A DNA stretch of 52,922 nt from Gemmatimonadota bacterium (GTDB lineage Bacteria > Gemmatimonadota > Gemmatimonadetes > Gemmatimonadales > Gemmatimonadaceae), in NCBI GenBank assembly GCA_031372565.1, contig JANMLN010000059.1:1-52922 (forward strand), written 5' to 3'. Numbering within the stretch: the first letter of the stretch is position 1; every line of letters starts with the position of its first letter. A program made the translations under genes and the position numbers. A model generated the notes under the pieces. That model was not told the DNA's origin and did no database searches. It was given only the letters and a program-made list of their open reading frames with translations. This document shows positions 8,118 through 17,920 of this stretch, piece after piece.

Positions 8118-10835
8118 TCAGGGAGTGGGCTTGGTCTGGGCGGTACCCGCGCCGAGCGCCTCTTGCCAGTTGAGGAGGATGCGCAGGCTGCCCGACGAGG
8201 GAGACGACCGCACCAGCAGGAACTCCTTTCCTCCAGGGAACACGTCCCAGAAGCGCCGACCCGCGGCCGGCTGCGTGTCGTAGGTATCGTAGAAGAGGGA
8301 GTCGCGGGAGATGACCGACAGCGGCGTGCCGCCCAGGGTCGCGCTCTGGAACCGTCGCCCGTCGCGGTACAGGAGCGTGCGTCCCTCGCGCGACCAGACC
8401 GGGTCGTACCCGTTGCGCGGCGAGATGAGCAGCCGCGGACCGGGTCCGGGAACGGGCTGCACGTACACCTGGTAGATGCCGGACTCGTCGGACTGATACG
8501 CCACGAGCGAGCCGTCGGGGGAGAGGGCGGGGGCCTGCGCGCGTGCCACGGGGCTGGACACGAACGGGCGCACGGCAGTCAGAGAGTCTGTCGGCGTCAT
8601 GAGAATCGCCTCCAGGCCGTCGCGCGTGATGGCCCCGCGAAACAGCGTCCACCCCTTCGGCGGCCCCGGGGCGACTGCCCAGAAGGTGTGCGTGGAGTCC
8701 GCGAGCACCACCGAGTCGGGGCCACTCCGGTCCCACGCGCGCGACACGATGGACGTGACCTTGCCCTGCCGGCGGAGGAACAGGATGCGTCGGCCATCAT
8801 AGGACCATCGCGGAGAGAACCCCTCGTTCAGGTTCATGACCCGCTCCCGTGAACCCGTCACGAGATCGAACATCCACGCCTCCGGGTAGCTCTGGTTGGC
8901 GGCGTACCCGAGGACGCGGCGCCCATCCGGAGAGATGTCGCCGAACGGGTTGGGCATCCGGTCGCCGAAGCGACGTCGGACCACGCCAGCGCGATCCACC
9001 ACGACGTAGGAATCGGTGGAGCTTCCTGCGATCGGCTGGAACGTCACCAGGCCAGTGTTCGACGCGGCGTAACCCGTGGCCCCGCCCGAGCCTTGCCACA
9101 CTCCGGCGAGCAGCGACGCCGCCTGGCCGGAGACCGACATCGTTTTGAGGGAGAACGGTGCCACCGCCACGATGCCACCGGCCTGTCCGAACATCAGGTA
9201 CCCGGGGGCCACGTAGGTGGCGTTGGTGCCACGCACGCCGAGCATGGTCACGGCGCCGTCCGTGAGCGACACGACGGCCAGTTGCAACGAATCCACGATG
9301 TTCCCCTGGCGCATGCGGTCGGTCGTGATCAGCGCGTGCGTTCCGCCCGGCAGCACGTGGGGCCACTTGAGCGCCCAGACGCCTGCGGCGGTGTCGGGAC
9401 GCGCCACAAGCCGCGGGCGTGGCTCCAGGGCCGATGTGACCCAGAGCCCGCTCCGGCGCGAAAAGGCGACGATGTCGCCATCGCCCCAGGACCCGTTGGC
9501 GGCTGAGTCGGCAACCACGACGGGGGTACCACCGCCGAAGGGAATGCGCATGAGGCGCGTCCCGTCGGTGTACAGGATCCACGCGCCGTCAGGAGAGAAA
9601 CTCGGCGTGGAGCCCGACGGCGGCGTCTGGATCTCCGCGGGGGTTCCGGGCACGCGCGTCAGTTCCGGATCGCTCAGGCGGCGCACGAACAACGCCCGCG
9701 TGCCGTTGATGACGCCGTAGACGACCATGCGCGATCCGTCGCGCGACAGCGCCACCTTGCGCCCGCCTCCCCCGAAGAGCGTCACGCTGTCGGGGAGCGG
9801 CACCACGAACTGCATCGGCGTCGCCGAGGGCGCTGGCCGGGTGGCGAGCCAGGTGGCCGTGCCGACGCCGCCCACGGCGGCGAGCGCCAGCGTCCCCACG
9901 AGCAGGCGCATGCGCGCGGACAGGGGGCCGCTGCCCGTCATCGCGCCGGCATACGTGCCCCCGGCGCCGCTCGCGCCGAGCGAGCCCGTGGGCAGCGCCA
10001 CCACGCGCGTGCCGTTCAACGCCGCCGCGAAGTCCCCCGCCGTCGCGAACCGGTCGGCTGCGAGCTTCTGCAACGCGTGCCGCACGGCGGCGTCCACGTG
10101 CGGCGGCACGGTGCGGCGGAGCACCGTCACGGGCCGCACCTCCTCCGTCATCAGCTTGGCGATGATCGCCTGCGCGCTCCCGCCCACATGGGGCGGCTCC
10201 CCCGCGAGCATCTCGTACACGATCGCGCCGAGTGAATAGATGTCGGTGCGGCTGTCGATCGCGCGATCCCCCGTGGCCTGCTCGGGACTCATGTACTGTG
10301 GCGTGCCGAGCGAGAGCCCGGTCTGCGTGACGCGCGCGCCGCCGGCCTTGCTCACCGCCAGCGCGATGCCGAAGTCGGCGATCACGGGCTGCCCCGCCTG
10401 CAGCAGGATGTTCTCCGGCTTCATGTCGCGGTGGATGACGCCGGCCTTGTGCGCGTACTCGAGCGCACCCGCAATCGCCACGCCGATCCGCACCGCCTCG
10501 TCCACCGGCAGCTGTTTCTCGCGGTCGAGCCGCGCGCGCAGCGACTCCCCCTCGACGAACGGCATGACATAGAAGAGCAGCCCCGCCGCCTCGCCACTAT
10601 CGAACAAGGGCAGCAGGTTGGGATGCTGCAGGTTGGCCGTGACCTGGATTTCGGCGAGGAACCGTTCGGTGCCGAGGACGGCACCGAGCTCGGCCTTGAG
10701 CACCTTGAGGGCCACGCGACGGTTGTGCTTCACGTCGCGGGCGAGGTAGACGTTGGCCATCCCGCCTTCGCCGATCTCGCGCTCGATCTCGTACCGGCCG
10801 GCGAGGGCCGCGTTCAACGACGCCACAGCATCCAT
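8118..10835 (-). CDS. Ser/Thr protein kinase with TM and TolB/PD40 beta-propeller repeats
   Basis: IGEGGMANVY, HRDMKPEN, DFG, GTPQYMSPE; TM helix; repeated SPDG motifs. Confidence 0.93.
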   Translation of the reverse strand: MDAVASLNAALAGRYEIEREIGEGGMANVYLARDVKHNRRVALKVLKAELGAVLGTERFLAEIQVTANLQHPNLLPLFDSGEAAGLLFYVMPFVEGESLRARLDREKQLPVDEAVRIGVAIAGALEYAHKAGVIHRDMKPENILLQAGQPVIADFGIALAVSKAGGARVTQTGLSLGTPQYMSPEQATGDRAIDSRTDIYSLGAIVYEMLAGEPPHVGGSAQAIIAKLMTEEVRPVTVLRRTVPPHVDAAVRHALQKLAADRFATAGDFAAALNGTRVVALPTGSLGASGAGGTYAGAMTGSGPLSARMRLLVGTLALAAVGGVGTATWLATRPAPSATPMQFVVPLPDSVTLFGGGGRKVALSRDGSRMVVYGVINGTRALFVRRLSDPELTRVPGTPAEIQTPPSGSTPSFSPDGAWILYTDGTRLMRIPFGGGTPVVVADSAANGSWGDGDIVAFSRRSGLWVTSALEPRPRLVARPDTAAGVWALKWPHVLPGGTHALITTDRMRQGNIVDSLQLAVVSLTDGAVTMLGVRGTNATYVAPGYLMFGQAGGIVAVAPFSLKTMSVSGQAASLLAGVWQGSGGATGYAASNTGLVTFQPIAGSSTDSYVVVDRAGVVRRRFGDRMPNPFGDISPDGRRVLGYAANQSYPEAWMFDLVTGSRERVMNLNEGFSPRWSYDGRRILFLRRQGKVTSIVSRAWDRSGPDSVVLADSTHTFWAVAPGPPKGWTLFRGAITRDGLEAILMTPTDSLTAVRPFVSSPVARAQAPALSPDGSLVAYQSDESGIYQVYVQPVPGPGPRLLISPRNGYDPVWSREGRTLLYRDGRRFQSATLGGTPLSVISRDSLFYDTYDTQPAAGRRFWDVFPGGKEFLLVRSSPSSGSLRILLNWQEALGAGTAQTKPTP

Positions 10836-11132
10836 GAAGGCGAGGGGGCGAGCGGGACAGGAGTTCGGGTCGGAGCGGTTGCGTCGTGGTCGAGTCTACG
10901 GCGTGGCCACTCGGGGCGCGAGGACTGACGGGTCGGTGGGTGGCGGCGCGAGATGGACGTCACGGTCGCGATCGATGCACCTGGGGCTTCCGGCCAGCAG
11001 CGCTGCGGAGGCGTGCGGGACAAGCCGTCGCGGTAGCGGCGGGGAACGCTTGCGCGCTGGGCCAGGAAGGGTAGTATTTCAGAGGCCGAACAAAAACCGA
11101 ACATTCAACCCCAGCGCTCCACGGAGTCTCCG

Positions 11133-11603
11133 ATGCCCGCCGTCACCATGCTCACCGCCGACCAGTTCCTCGCCCACTACCAGGGGCATCGGCGCCTCAC
11201 GCGCAAGACGATCGCGCTCTTCCCGGCCGATCAGTTCACCACCTTTTCGGTGGGCGGCATGCGGCCGTATGGGGGCATCGTGAAGGAGATGCTCGCCATG
11301 GGCGGCCCCATGATCAAGGCGTTCGCCACCGATGAGTGGGGCGTGTGGGACAACGACACCACACCGGTGAGCCAGGCCGACGCGCTGGCCCAGTGGGACG
11401 AAGGAACCGCGCTGATTGACCAGCACTGGGCGGGGCTGGTGGACCGGGGGTTTGATCGCGAGGTGGTGCTCTACGGTCAGTGGCCGGGCAAAGTGAGCAG
11501 CCACCTGCTCTACCTGCTCGACAACGAGATCCACCACCGCGCGCAGGGCTACACCTACCTCCGCGCACTCGGCATCACGCCGCCGCAGTTCTGGGAGCGG
11601 TAG
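11133..11603 (+). CDS. DinB family protein
   Basis: HRRLTRKTI...LLDNEIHHRAQGYTYLRALGITPP; GGAG RBS. Confidence 0.88.
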   Translation: MPAVTMLTADQFLAHYQGHRRLTRKTIALFPADQFTTFSVGGMRPYGGIVKEMLAMGGPMIKAFATDEWGVWDNDTTPVSQADALAQWDEGTALIDQHWAGLVDRGFDREVVLYGQWPGKVSSHLLYLLDNEIHHRAQGYTYLRALGITPPQFWER

Positions 11604-11609
11604 GAGGAG

Positions 11610-11714
11610 AAGCAGGTCCCTCGCTGCGCGTGGTGTCATCCTGAACGGAGCGAAGCGAAGTGAGGGACCTGCTTTTGAGAATTCAAGCAGGTCCTTCGTT
11701 GCGCTCGGGATGAC
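11610..11714. repeat. cluster of REP-like elements (one partial copy plus an inverted doublet)
   Basis: AAGCAGGTCCCTCGCTGCGC; GTCATCCTGAACGGAGCGAAGCGAAGTGAGGGACCTGCTT (from 11635); AAGCAGGTCCTTCGTTGCGCTCGGGATGAC (11685-11714). Confidence 0.85.
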
Positions 11715-11993
11715 GGGGCGGCCGGAGTTTCCGCCGTCCCGGCACCCTGACGACGGTCACCGCCGCGCCCTACGTGGGCAGCTACACCATGGTCATGTAC
11801 GGCGAACTCGCCGATCACGTCGCGCATGGTGAACGGGCGCGCGGTGCAGTTCACGGTGGCGGGGGCTTCCGCGGGCGATACGTGGTTCAAGGGCCTGCGG
11901 AAGTAGCACACGCTCTCACGGAGTGACCGCGCGGGGCGTATCCTACGGCCACTTCCTGCTTGGCCTGCCACGTCCCGATCCGGAGCTCCACGG

Positions 11994-14900
11994 ATGCATC
12001 GCACCACCGCGCGCGCCTTGTCCGTCGTCACCCTGCTGGCGGCCTCCCTTGGCGCCCAGACCCCGGCGCAGAGCGACAGCGCCGTCAAGGCCGCCGCCAG
12101 GACAAGCGCGTTGCCCCTCATCACCACGCGCGCGCTCACCTTCACCACCGACGAGGCCACCTGGGTCTCGTTGGACGTGTCGCCCGACGGGAAGACCATC
12201 GTCTTCGACGTGCTCGGTGACCTGTACACGCTCCCGATTGCGGGCGGCAAGGCCGCGCGCATCACCAGTGGCATGGGGTGGGACCAGCAGCCGCGCTACT
12301 CCCCCGACGGGAGCCAGATCACCTTCATCAGCGATCGCAACGGCGCCAAGAACCTCTGGGTCGCCAACGCCGACGGCAGCAAGGCGCGCGCGCTCACCAA
12401 GTCGGAGCGCACCAACTTCGCGTCCCCCATCTGGTCGCCCGATGGACAGTACGTGATTGCCTCGCGCACGGGCCAACTGTGGATGTTCAACACCAGCGGT
12501 GGCTCGGGGGTGCAACTCACCGGGCTGCGTCTCGAGGGGGCACCAGCGCCACCACCGGGCACGCCGCCCACGCCGTCGCACTATGGCGCGGCGCCGAGCA
12601 ACGACCCGCGCTACCTGTGGGTGAACGTCAGCGGACAGGTGGCGCCCACACTGGCGGTGGGCCTTGAACCCGACCCCGATGGGCCCGCGCCGCACAATGC
12701 GCCGGTCTCGCGCAGCAACCCGCGCCGCCTCGGGCAGTACCAAGTGGGACAGTTCGACCGCGAGACGGGGCGCACGTACGTGCGCACCCACGAAGCCGAC
12801 GGCGCCTTTCGTCCCGTGGCAAGCCCCGACGGCAAGTGGCTGGTGTACGCGGTGCGTTACGACGGGCGCGAGGTACTCAAGTTGCGCGAGCTGGCCACGG
12901 GCGAGGAACGGTGGCTCGTAATGGACGTGCAGCGCGACAACTCGCAGGGAGGGGGCACCAACGACCGCGACCTGTATCCCGGATCGGCTTTCACCCCCGA
13001 CTCGCGCGCGCTCATCACCAGCTACAACGGCAAGCTGTGGCGCGTGGAGATCCCGAGCGGACGCGTGGTGGGCATCCCGTTCTCGGTGGACGTGGACCAG
13101 CCGATGGGGCCGCTGGCCAAGTTCGAGTATCCGTACAACGACACCTCGCTCGTGGTCACGCAGATCCGTGGCGCGCGAACGTCGCCCGATGGCACCAAGC
13201 TGGTGTTCACGGCACTCGATGGACTGTACGTGGGCGAGTTGACCTCGGGGGTGGGCGGCACGGGGAGCGCCGCGCGACAGGTGCGCAATCCGCGTCGCCT
13301 CACGCGCGGCGGCATGGTGGAGCATGCGCCAGTCTGGTCGCCCGATGGACGCTGGATTGCGTACGTGACTTGGACCGACACCGCGGGTGGCAACATCTAC
13401 CGCGTGCGCGCTGACGGCGCGGGCCAACCTGAGCGCCTCACGCGTTCCGCCGCCTACTATGACAAGATCGCGTACACCAAGGATGGCACGCGGTTGTTCG
13501 CGGTGCGCGGCTCGCGGTTCAGCCGCACGCGCATGTTCGAGGACTTTGGCAGCCTGTCGAATGCGGCGGAGCTGGAGTACGTGTGGTTGAGTGCCGCCGG
13601 TGGCGAGCCCACCCGCATCACGTGGGTGGGCGGCGGTGCGTCGCAGCAGGGGCGCAACGTGCCACACGTGGGACCCGACAGCACGCGATTGTACGTGTGG
13701 GCGAACACGGAAGGGTTGGTCTCGATGCGCATGGATGGAACGGATCGCAAGGTGGTGGTGCGCGTGGCGGCACCGCCGCCGCCGAGCGTGCCGCTGCCGC
13801 CGGGGGCCACGCCGCCACCGCCGCCCACGCCGGATGAAGTGCTGTTGGCCCCCGATGGCAAGCGCGCCCTCGTGTATGCGGGAAACAACGTCTACCTGAT
13901 CACCGTGCCGCCGGTCGCGGGGCAGGCGCCGGCGGTGTCGGTGACGTCAGGGTCGTCGGTGCCGACCACGCGACTCTCGAAGGTGGGGGGCGACTTCATT
14001 GGATGGAGCACCGATGGACGTTCGGCGTTCTACTCCATTGGTCGCTCCTTTTTCCAGTGGGATGTACGGACGGCGGAGCAGGCGGTCCGAGATTCCGTGA
14101 CGCGTGCGGATTCCGTGTTGGCCGCGGCGCCGAGTGGTGGTGCGGGGACGGGCGGTGCGGGCGCGGCGGGCGCGGCCAGTGCCGCTCCGGTAGCGCCACC
14201 CGCTGGCGTGGCCACCGGCGTGAGCCCGGCAGCCGCGACCAAGGACTCGACGAGGAAGCCCACCAATGCGTACGAGGCGCAGCGTCACGACGTGGAGATC
14301 GTGGCCGCGAAGGATCGTCCGCGCGGGAGCGTGGTGCTGCGTGGCGCGCGCCTGGTGACCATGAAGGGCGACGAGGTCATCGAGCGCGGTGACATTGTCG
14401 TCACCGACAACCGGATCGTCGCGGTCGGTGCCACCGGCGCCGTCGCCGCTCCCGCGGGCGCCCGCGTGATCGACCTGTCGGGGAAGACGATCATCCCCGG
14501 CTTCGTGGACATCCATGCGCACAACTGGTTCGGCTGGGGGGTGCACCGCGACCAGGTGACGCAGCTGCTCGCCAACCTCGCGTACGGGGTCACGACGCAG
14601 CGCGATCCGCAGACGTCGTCCACCGACATTCTCACGTATACCGACCTGATGGAGACCGGCGCGCTCATTGGCCCGCGCCTGTACTCCACCGGTCCGGGCA
14701 TCTTCTCGAACGACAACATCAAGAGCCTCGACGAAGCCCGCGACGTCCTGCGCCGCTACGCTGATCACTACAACACGAAGACGATCAAGCAGTACCTGGC
14801 CGGCGACCGGAAGGTGCGGCAGTGGGTGATCACGGCCGCTCGCGAGCTGGGGCTCACGGCCACCACCGAGGGGGGATCGAACCTGAGCATGAACCTCACC

Positions 14901-15566
14901 CTCATGCAGGACGGCTACCCGGGGCTCGAGCATGCCATGCCGGTCTTTCCGCTGATGAACGACGTGGCACAGCTGGCGGCGCAGAGCGGCATCACCTACA
15001 CCCCGACGCTCGTGGTGGGGTACGGTGGCCCTATCGGGCTCAACTACTGGCTCACGCACGGAAACATCGACACCATCACCAAGCTCCGCCGCTTCACGCC
15101 GCACGAGGAGCTCGACTCGTGGAAAGTCGAGACGTTCTATCGCGAGGACCAGTACATCTACAAGGGGCACGCCGAACAGCTGGCGCGGATCGTGAACGCC
15201 GGCGGGCGCGTGGGGCTCGGCTCACATGGTGAGCTGCAGGGGCTGGGCGTGCACTGGGAGCTGTGGATGATGCAGTCGGGTGGGCTCACCACGCACCAGG
15301 CACTGCGCGCCGCCACGCTGCATGGGGCCGATGCCATTGGCATGGCGCGCGACCTGGGATCGCTCGAGGTGGGGAAGCTCGCCGACCTGCAGGTGCTGGA
15401 TCGGAACCCGCTGGAGAACATCCAGCACACCAACAGCATCACGCACGTGATGAAGAACGGGCGGCTCTACGACGGCAACACACTCGACGAGGTATGGCCG
15501 CGGGCGAAGCCGCTGGGGGTGCAGTGGTGGTGGCGGGAGGATCCGGCGGCAGCGAGCCGGCGGTAG
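11994..15566 (+). CDS. secreted amidohydrolase with N-terminal TolB/PD40 propellers
   Basis: Signal peptide; WVSLDVSPDGKTIVFD; IIPGFVDIHAH metal motif; GSLEVGKLADL. Confidence 0.92.
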   Translation: MHRTTARALSVVTLLAASLGAQTPAQSDSAVKAAARTSALPLITTRALTFTTDEATWVSLDVSPDGKTIVFDVLGDLYTLPIAGGKAARITSGMGWDQQPRYSPDGSQITFISDRNGAKNLWVANADGSKARALTKSERTNFASPIWSPDGQYVIASRTGQLWMFNTSGGSGVQLTGLRLEGAPAPPPGTPPTPSHYGAAPSNDPRYLWVNVSGQVAPTLAVGLEPDPDGPAPHNAPVSRSNPRRLGQYQVGQFDRETGRTYVRTHEADGAFRPVASPDGKWLVYAVRYDGREVLKLRELATGEERWLVMDVQRDNSQGGGTNDRDLYPGSAFTPDSRALITSYNGKLWRVEIPSGRVVGIPFSVDVDQPMGPLAKFEYPYNDTSLVVTQIRGARTSPDGTKLVFTALDGLYVGELTSGVGGTGSAARQVRNPRRLTRGGMVEHAPVWSPDGRWIAYVTWTDTAGGNIYRVRADGAGQPERLTRSAAYYDKIAYTKDGTRLFAVRGSRFSRTRMFEDFGSLSNAAELEYVWLSAAGGEPTRITWVGGGASQQGRNVPHVGPDSTRLYVWANTEGLVSMRMDGTDRKVVVRVAAPPPPSVPLPPGATPPPPPTPDEVLLAPDGKRALVYAGNNVYLITVPPVAGQAPAVSVTSGSSVPTTRLSKVGGDFIGWSTDGRSAFYSIGRSFFQWDVRTAEQAVRDSVTRADSVLAAAPSGGAGTGGAGAAGAASAAPVAPPAGVATGVSPAAATKDSTRKPTNAYEAQRHDVEIVAAKDRPRGSVVLRGARLVTMKGDEVIERGDIVVTDNRIVAVGATGAVAAPAGARVIDLSGKTIIPGFVDIHAHNWFGWGVHRDQVTQLLANLAYGVTTQRDPQTSSTDILTYTDLMETGALIGPRLYSTGPGIFSNDNIKSLDEARDVLRRYADHYNTKTIKQYLAGDRKVRQWVITAARELGLTATTEGGSNLSMNLTLMQDGYPGLEHAMPVFPLMNDVAQLAAQSGITYTPTLVVGYGGPIGLNYWLTHGNIDTITKLRRFTPHEELDSWKVETFYREDQYIYKGHAEQLARIVNAGGRVGLGSHGELQGLGVHWELWMMQSGGLTTHQALRAATLHGADAIGMARDLGSLEVGKLADLQVLDRNPLENIQHTNSITHVMKNGRLYDGNTLDEVWPRAKPLGVQWWWREDPAAASRR

Positions 15567-15571
15567 GGGCC

Positions 15572-17722
15572 CTACTTCTGCACCGCGTGATCCACGCTGT
15601 AGATCCGGCTCACCCGCCACGCGCCGCCCCGATTGGTCCACAGATGGACGAACCGCGCTCCCGTGGGCGCGGTGCCGTTCGCTTGCACGAACCGGTGTTC
15701 CCCCGTCTGCATCGCCCCGAAGTCCTTGATCGGGAAGCTCTGCAGCGACCCCGGCGTGAGCACGCGCGTGACGCCTTGGCCCCGCGGGCACGCCGACGTG
15801 AGGCGCACGAAGTCGGCGCGCACGTCCGGCCCCTGCTTCGCGCCCGTCAGGTCGTGGTAGAACTCGATGTCGGGAGTGAGCAGGGCGAAGACGCGCGCAG
15901 TGTCGCATGCCACGAATGCGGCATCGAACAGCAGGCTGTCCATGCGCGCGAGTTCCACGTCGAGCGGGCTGCGCGTGGATGCGCTCGGTGCGGCCGGGGC
16001 GCTCGGTGCCACGGCCGCCGCCGCCGCCCCGTCGCCGTCGACGCGCGTGCCCGTCATGCGCAGTCCCGGCGCCTCCATGGCAATGCCGGTGGCGCGCCCG
16101 TTGGTGACCACGAAGGTGACGGTGAACTCCGGCGAGTCCACCGGGCGGAAGCGATCGTCTCCCAGAAACTCCAGACGGCTCGGCGTGTTCGTGCGCACCT
16201 GTCCCGCCAGCTGTCCGTCCTCCTCGAAGACGCGGAGCGCCAGTGCGGGCTTGTCGGGTGCATCGCGCAGTTCGTAACGCCCCACGTAGCGAGACGCGCC
16301 CCCCGACGGCAGCGCGGGCGCCTTCGACTCGGCGCTGGCGGTCGACCCCATCGCCTCGCGCGCGTAGCGATGGCTGTTGAGCACGTCGTCCACGCGCGCC
16401 CCGGTCACCCGGCCCTGCGCGCGCGTGAAGGTCACGCGCGTGCTGCTCAGCGCGAAGGTGTCGCCGCCGCGCCACTCGGCGCGCTGCACGCTGTCGCCCC
16501 CCACCTGCACGCTCAGCCCGCCCGCCGGATGCGCACGCACCTGCAGCACGCCCGGACGCCCCGCGCGACTGACGCCCAAGTAGCGGCCGGTGAACACACC
16601 CACGTTGCCTGCGAACGCGCGCGGCGGCAGCGTCTGCCCGCCCGCCACGTGCCGGATCACCGCCTCCACCAGGTCGGTGGGATTGAGCGCGCCCAGCGTG
16701 TTGATGAGGACGACGACGGTGAGTGAGTCGCCGGGCACGTACGCCGCTGCACTGGCGAAACCGGGGATGGCACCGCCGTGGTGGATGGCGAGACGTCCCG
16801 CGAGGGAGTCGTTCACCACGAGGCCGGTGGCATAGCGCGTGGTGGCGCCGTCGGTGAGCGTGCCGGGAGTCAGCAACTCGCGATAGCTGGCCGCGGTGAG
16901 CAGTCGCCCGCCGTGCAGCGCGGCATTCCACGCGAGCAGGTCGCGCGCGGTGGAGCAGAGCGAACCGCCGGCGTACGGCCAGCGCTGGTCGAGATAGCGG
17001 GCGCGCTGCAGTGCGGTCCCCACCAGGTCGTAGCCCTGCACCGTGCCGGGCACCACGGCGGTGTTGCTGCAGTAGCGCGAGCGGGTCATCCCCGCGCGCT
17101 TGAACAGCTCGCTGGCCACGTACTGCTCGTAGGGCATGCCGCTGGCACGCTCGATGATGAGCCCGAGCAGGAAGTACGCCGAATTGTTGTAGCGCATCTC
17201 GTCGCCGGGTGCGAAGTCGCGTGGCTTCGAGGCGATGAGTCGCACCAGCGAATCGCGGGGCAGCGCCTGCGGCATGAGCGCGCCGAACTCGGCCATCTCC
17301 GTGTAGCCCGGGATGCCCGACGTATGGTCGAGCAAGCGGCGCAGGGTGACGGTTGGGCCCGTGAAGCGGACGTTCGGGAGGAGCGCCGAGAGCTCGGCGT
17401 CGAGCGAGAGACGGCCGCGCTCCACGAGCTGCAGGATGGCCACGGCGGTGAACTGCTTGGTGACCGAGCCAATTTCGTAGACGGCGTTCTCGGGGGTCGC
17501 CACGTTGAGGGCGAGGTCCGCCTTGCCGTAGGGGCGGATCACGGGCGGCTGCGTGCCGCGGGAGACGGCGATGGTGAGGCCAGCCACCCGATCCGTCGCG
17601 AGTGTCGCTCTGGCGATCGAGTCCAGGCCGGCGGTGGTGCGCGCATTGAGCGGACGCTGCGCGACAAGACACGCCGGTGCCGCGAGAAGCATGACGACAG
17701 CACGGACAATCGGACGGATCAC
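15572..17722 (-). CDS. serine hydrolase (beta-lactamase class C-like) fused to two small beta domains and a C-terminal NTF2/DUF4440-like domain
   Basis: SxxK (GSVTKQF), YxN (YNNS), HHGGAIPGF; C-terminal DSLLFDAAFVACD...IEFYHDLTG...ARFVHLW; GTG 17722 has AGGA upstream and starts a signal peptide. Confidence 0.88.
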   Translation of the reverse strand: MIRPIVRAVVMLLAAPACLVAQRPLNARTTAGLDSIARATLATDRVAGLTIAVSRGTQPPVIRPYGKADLALNVATPENAVYEIGSVTKQFTAVAILQLVERGRLSLDAELSALLPNVRFTGPTVTLRRLLDHTSGIPGYTEMAEFGALMPQALPRDSLVRLIASKPRDFAPGDEMRYNNSAYFLLGLIIERASGMPYEQYVASELFKRAGMTRSRYCSNTAVVPGTVQGYDLVGTALQRARYLDQRWPYAGGSLCSTARDLLAWNAALHGGRLLTAASYRELLTPGTLTDGATTRYATGLVVNDSLAGRLAIHHGGAIPGFASAAAYVPGDSLTVVVLINTLGALNPTDLVEAVIRHVAGGQTLPPRAFAGNVGVFTGRYLGVSRAGRPGVLQVRAHPAGGLSVQVGGDSVQRAEWRGGDTFALSSTRVTFTRAQGRVTGARVDDVLNSHRYAREAMGSTASAESKAPALPSGGASRYVGRYELRDAPDKPALALRVFEEDGQLAGQVRTNTPSRLEFLGDDRFRPVDSPEFTVTFVVTNGRATGIAMEAPGLRMTGTRVDGDGAAAAAVAPSAPAAPSASTRSPLDVELARMDSLLFDAAFVACDTARVFALLTPDIEFYHDLTGAKQGPDVRADFVRLTSACPRGQGVTRVLTPGSLQSFPIKDFGAMQTGEHRFVQANGTAPTGARFVHLWTNRGGAWRVSRIYSVDHAVQK

Positions 17723-17838
17723 GGCGGTATCCTGTCTCAGAGGGAGACGGCACACGCGCGACTCACCAGCGGTGGGCATGTGACGCTGGTGATACCGTAC
17801 GGCCCCGAAGGCGCGTGGTTTCCGCCTTCCGCCGGTGA

Positions 17839-17919
17839 TCAGGGTCCGTGTCGTCGCTGCTCGAGGAGCTCGTCGATCACTGACGCCTGCGTGATGACCG
17901 CGACGATCCGCATCGCGCC
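17839..17919 (-). pseudogene. short remnant resembling the C-terminus of an IS91-family transposase
   Basis: GAMRIVAVITQASVIDELLEQ resembles the GGxMRIIAFIT..xVI.xIL.H tail of IS91/ISCR-like transposases (recalled motif, not searched). Confidence 0.45.
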
Positions 17920-17920
17920 G

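Noticed and set aside
10836..11132. About 300-bp intergenic region between the kinase and DinB
   Set aside because: Divergent promoter region; no convincing ORF, repeat or RNA motif recognised
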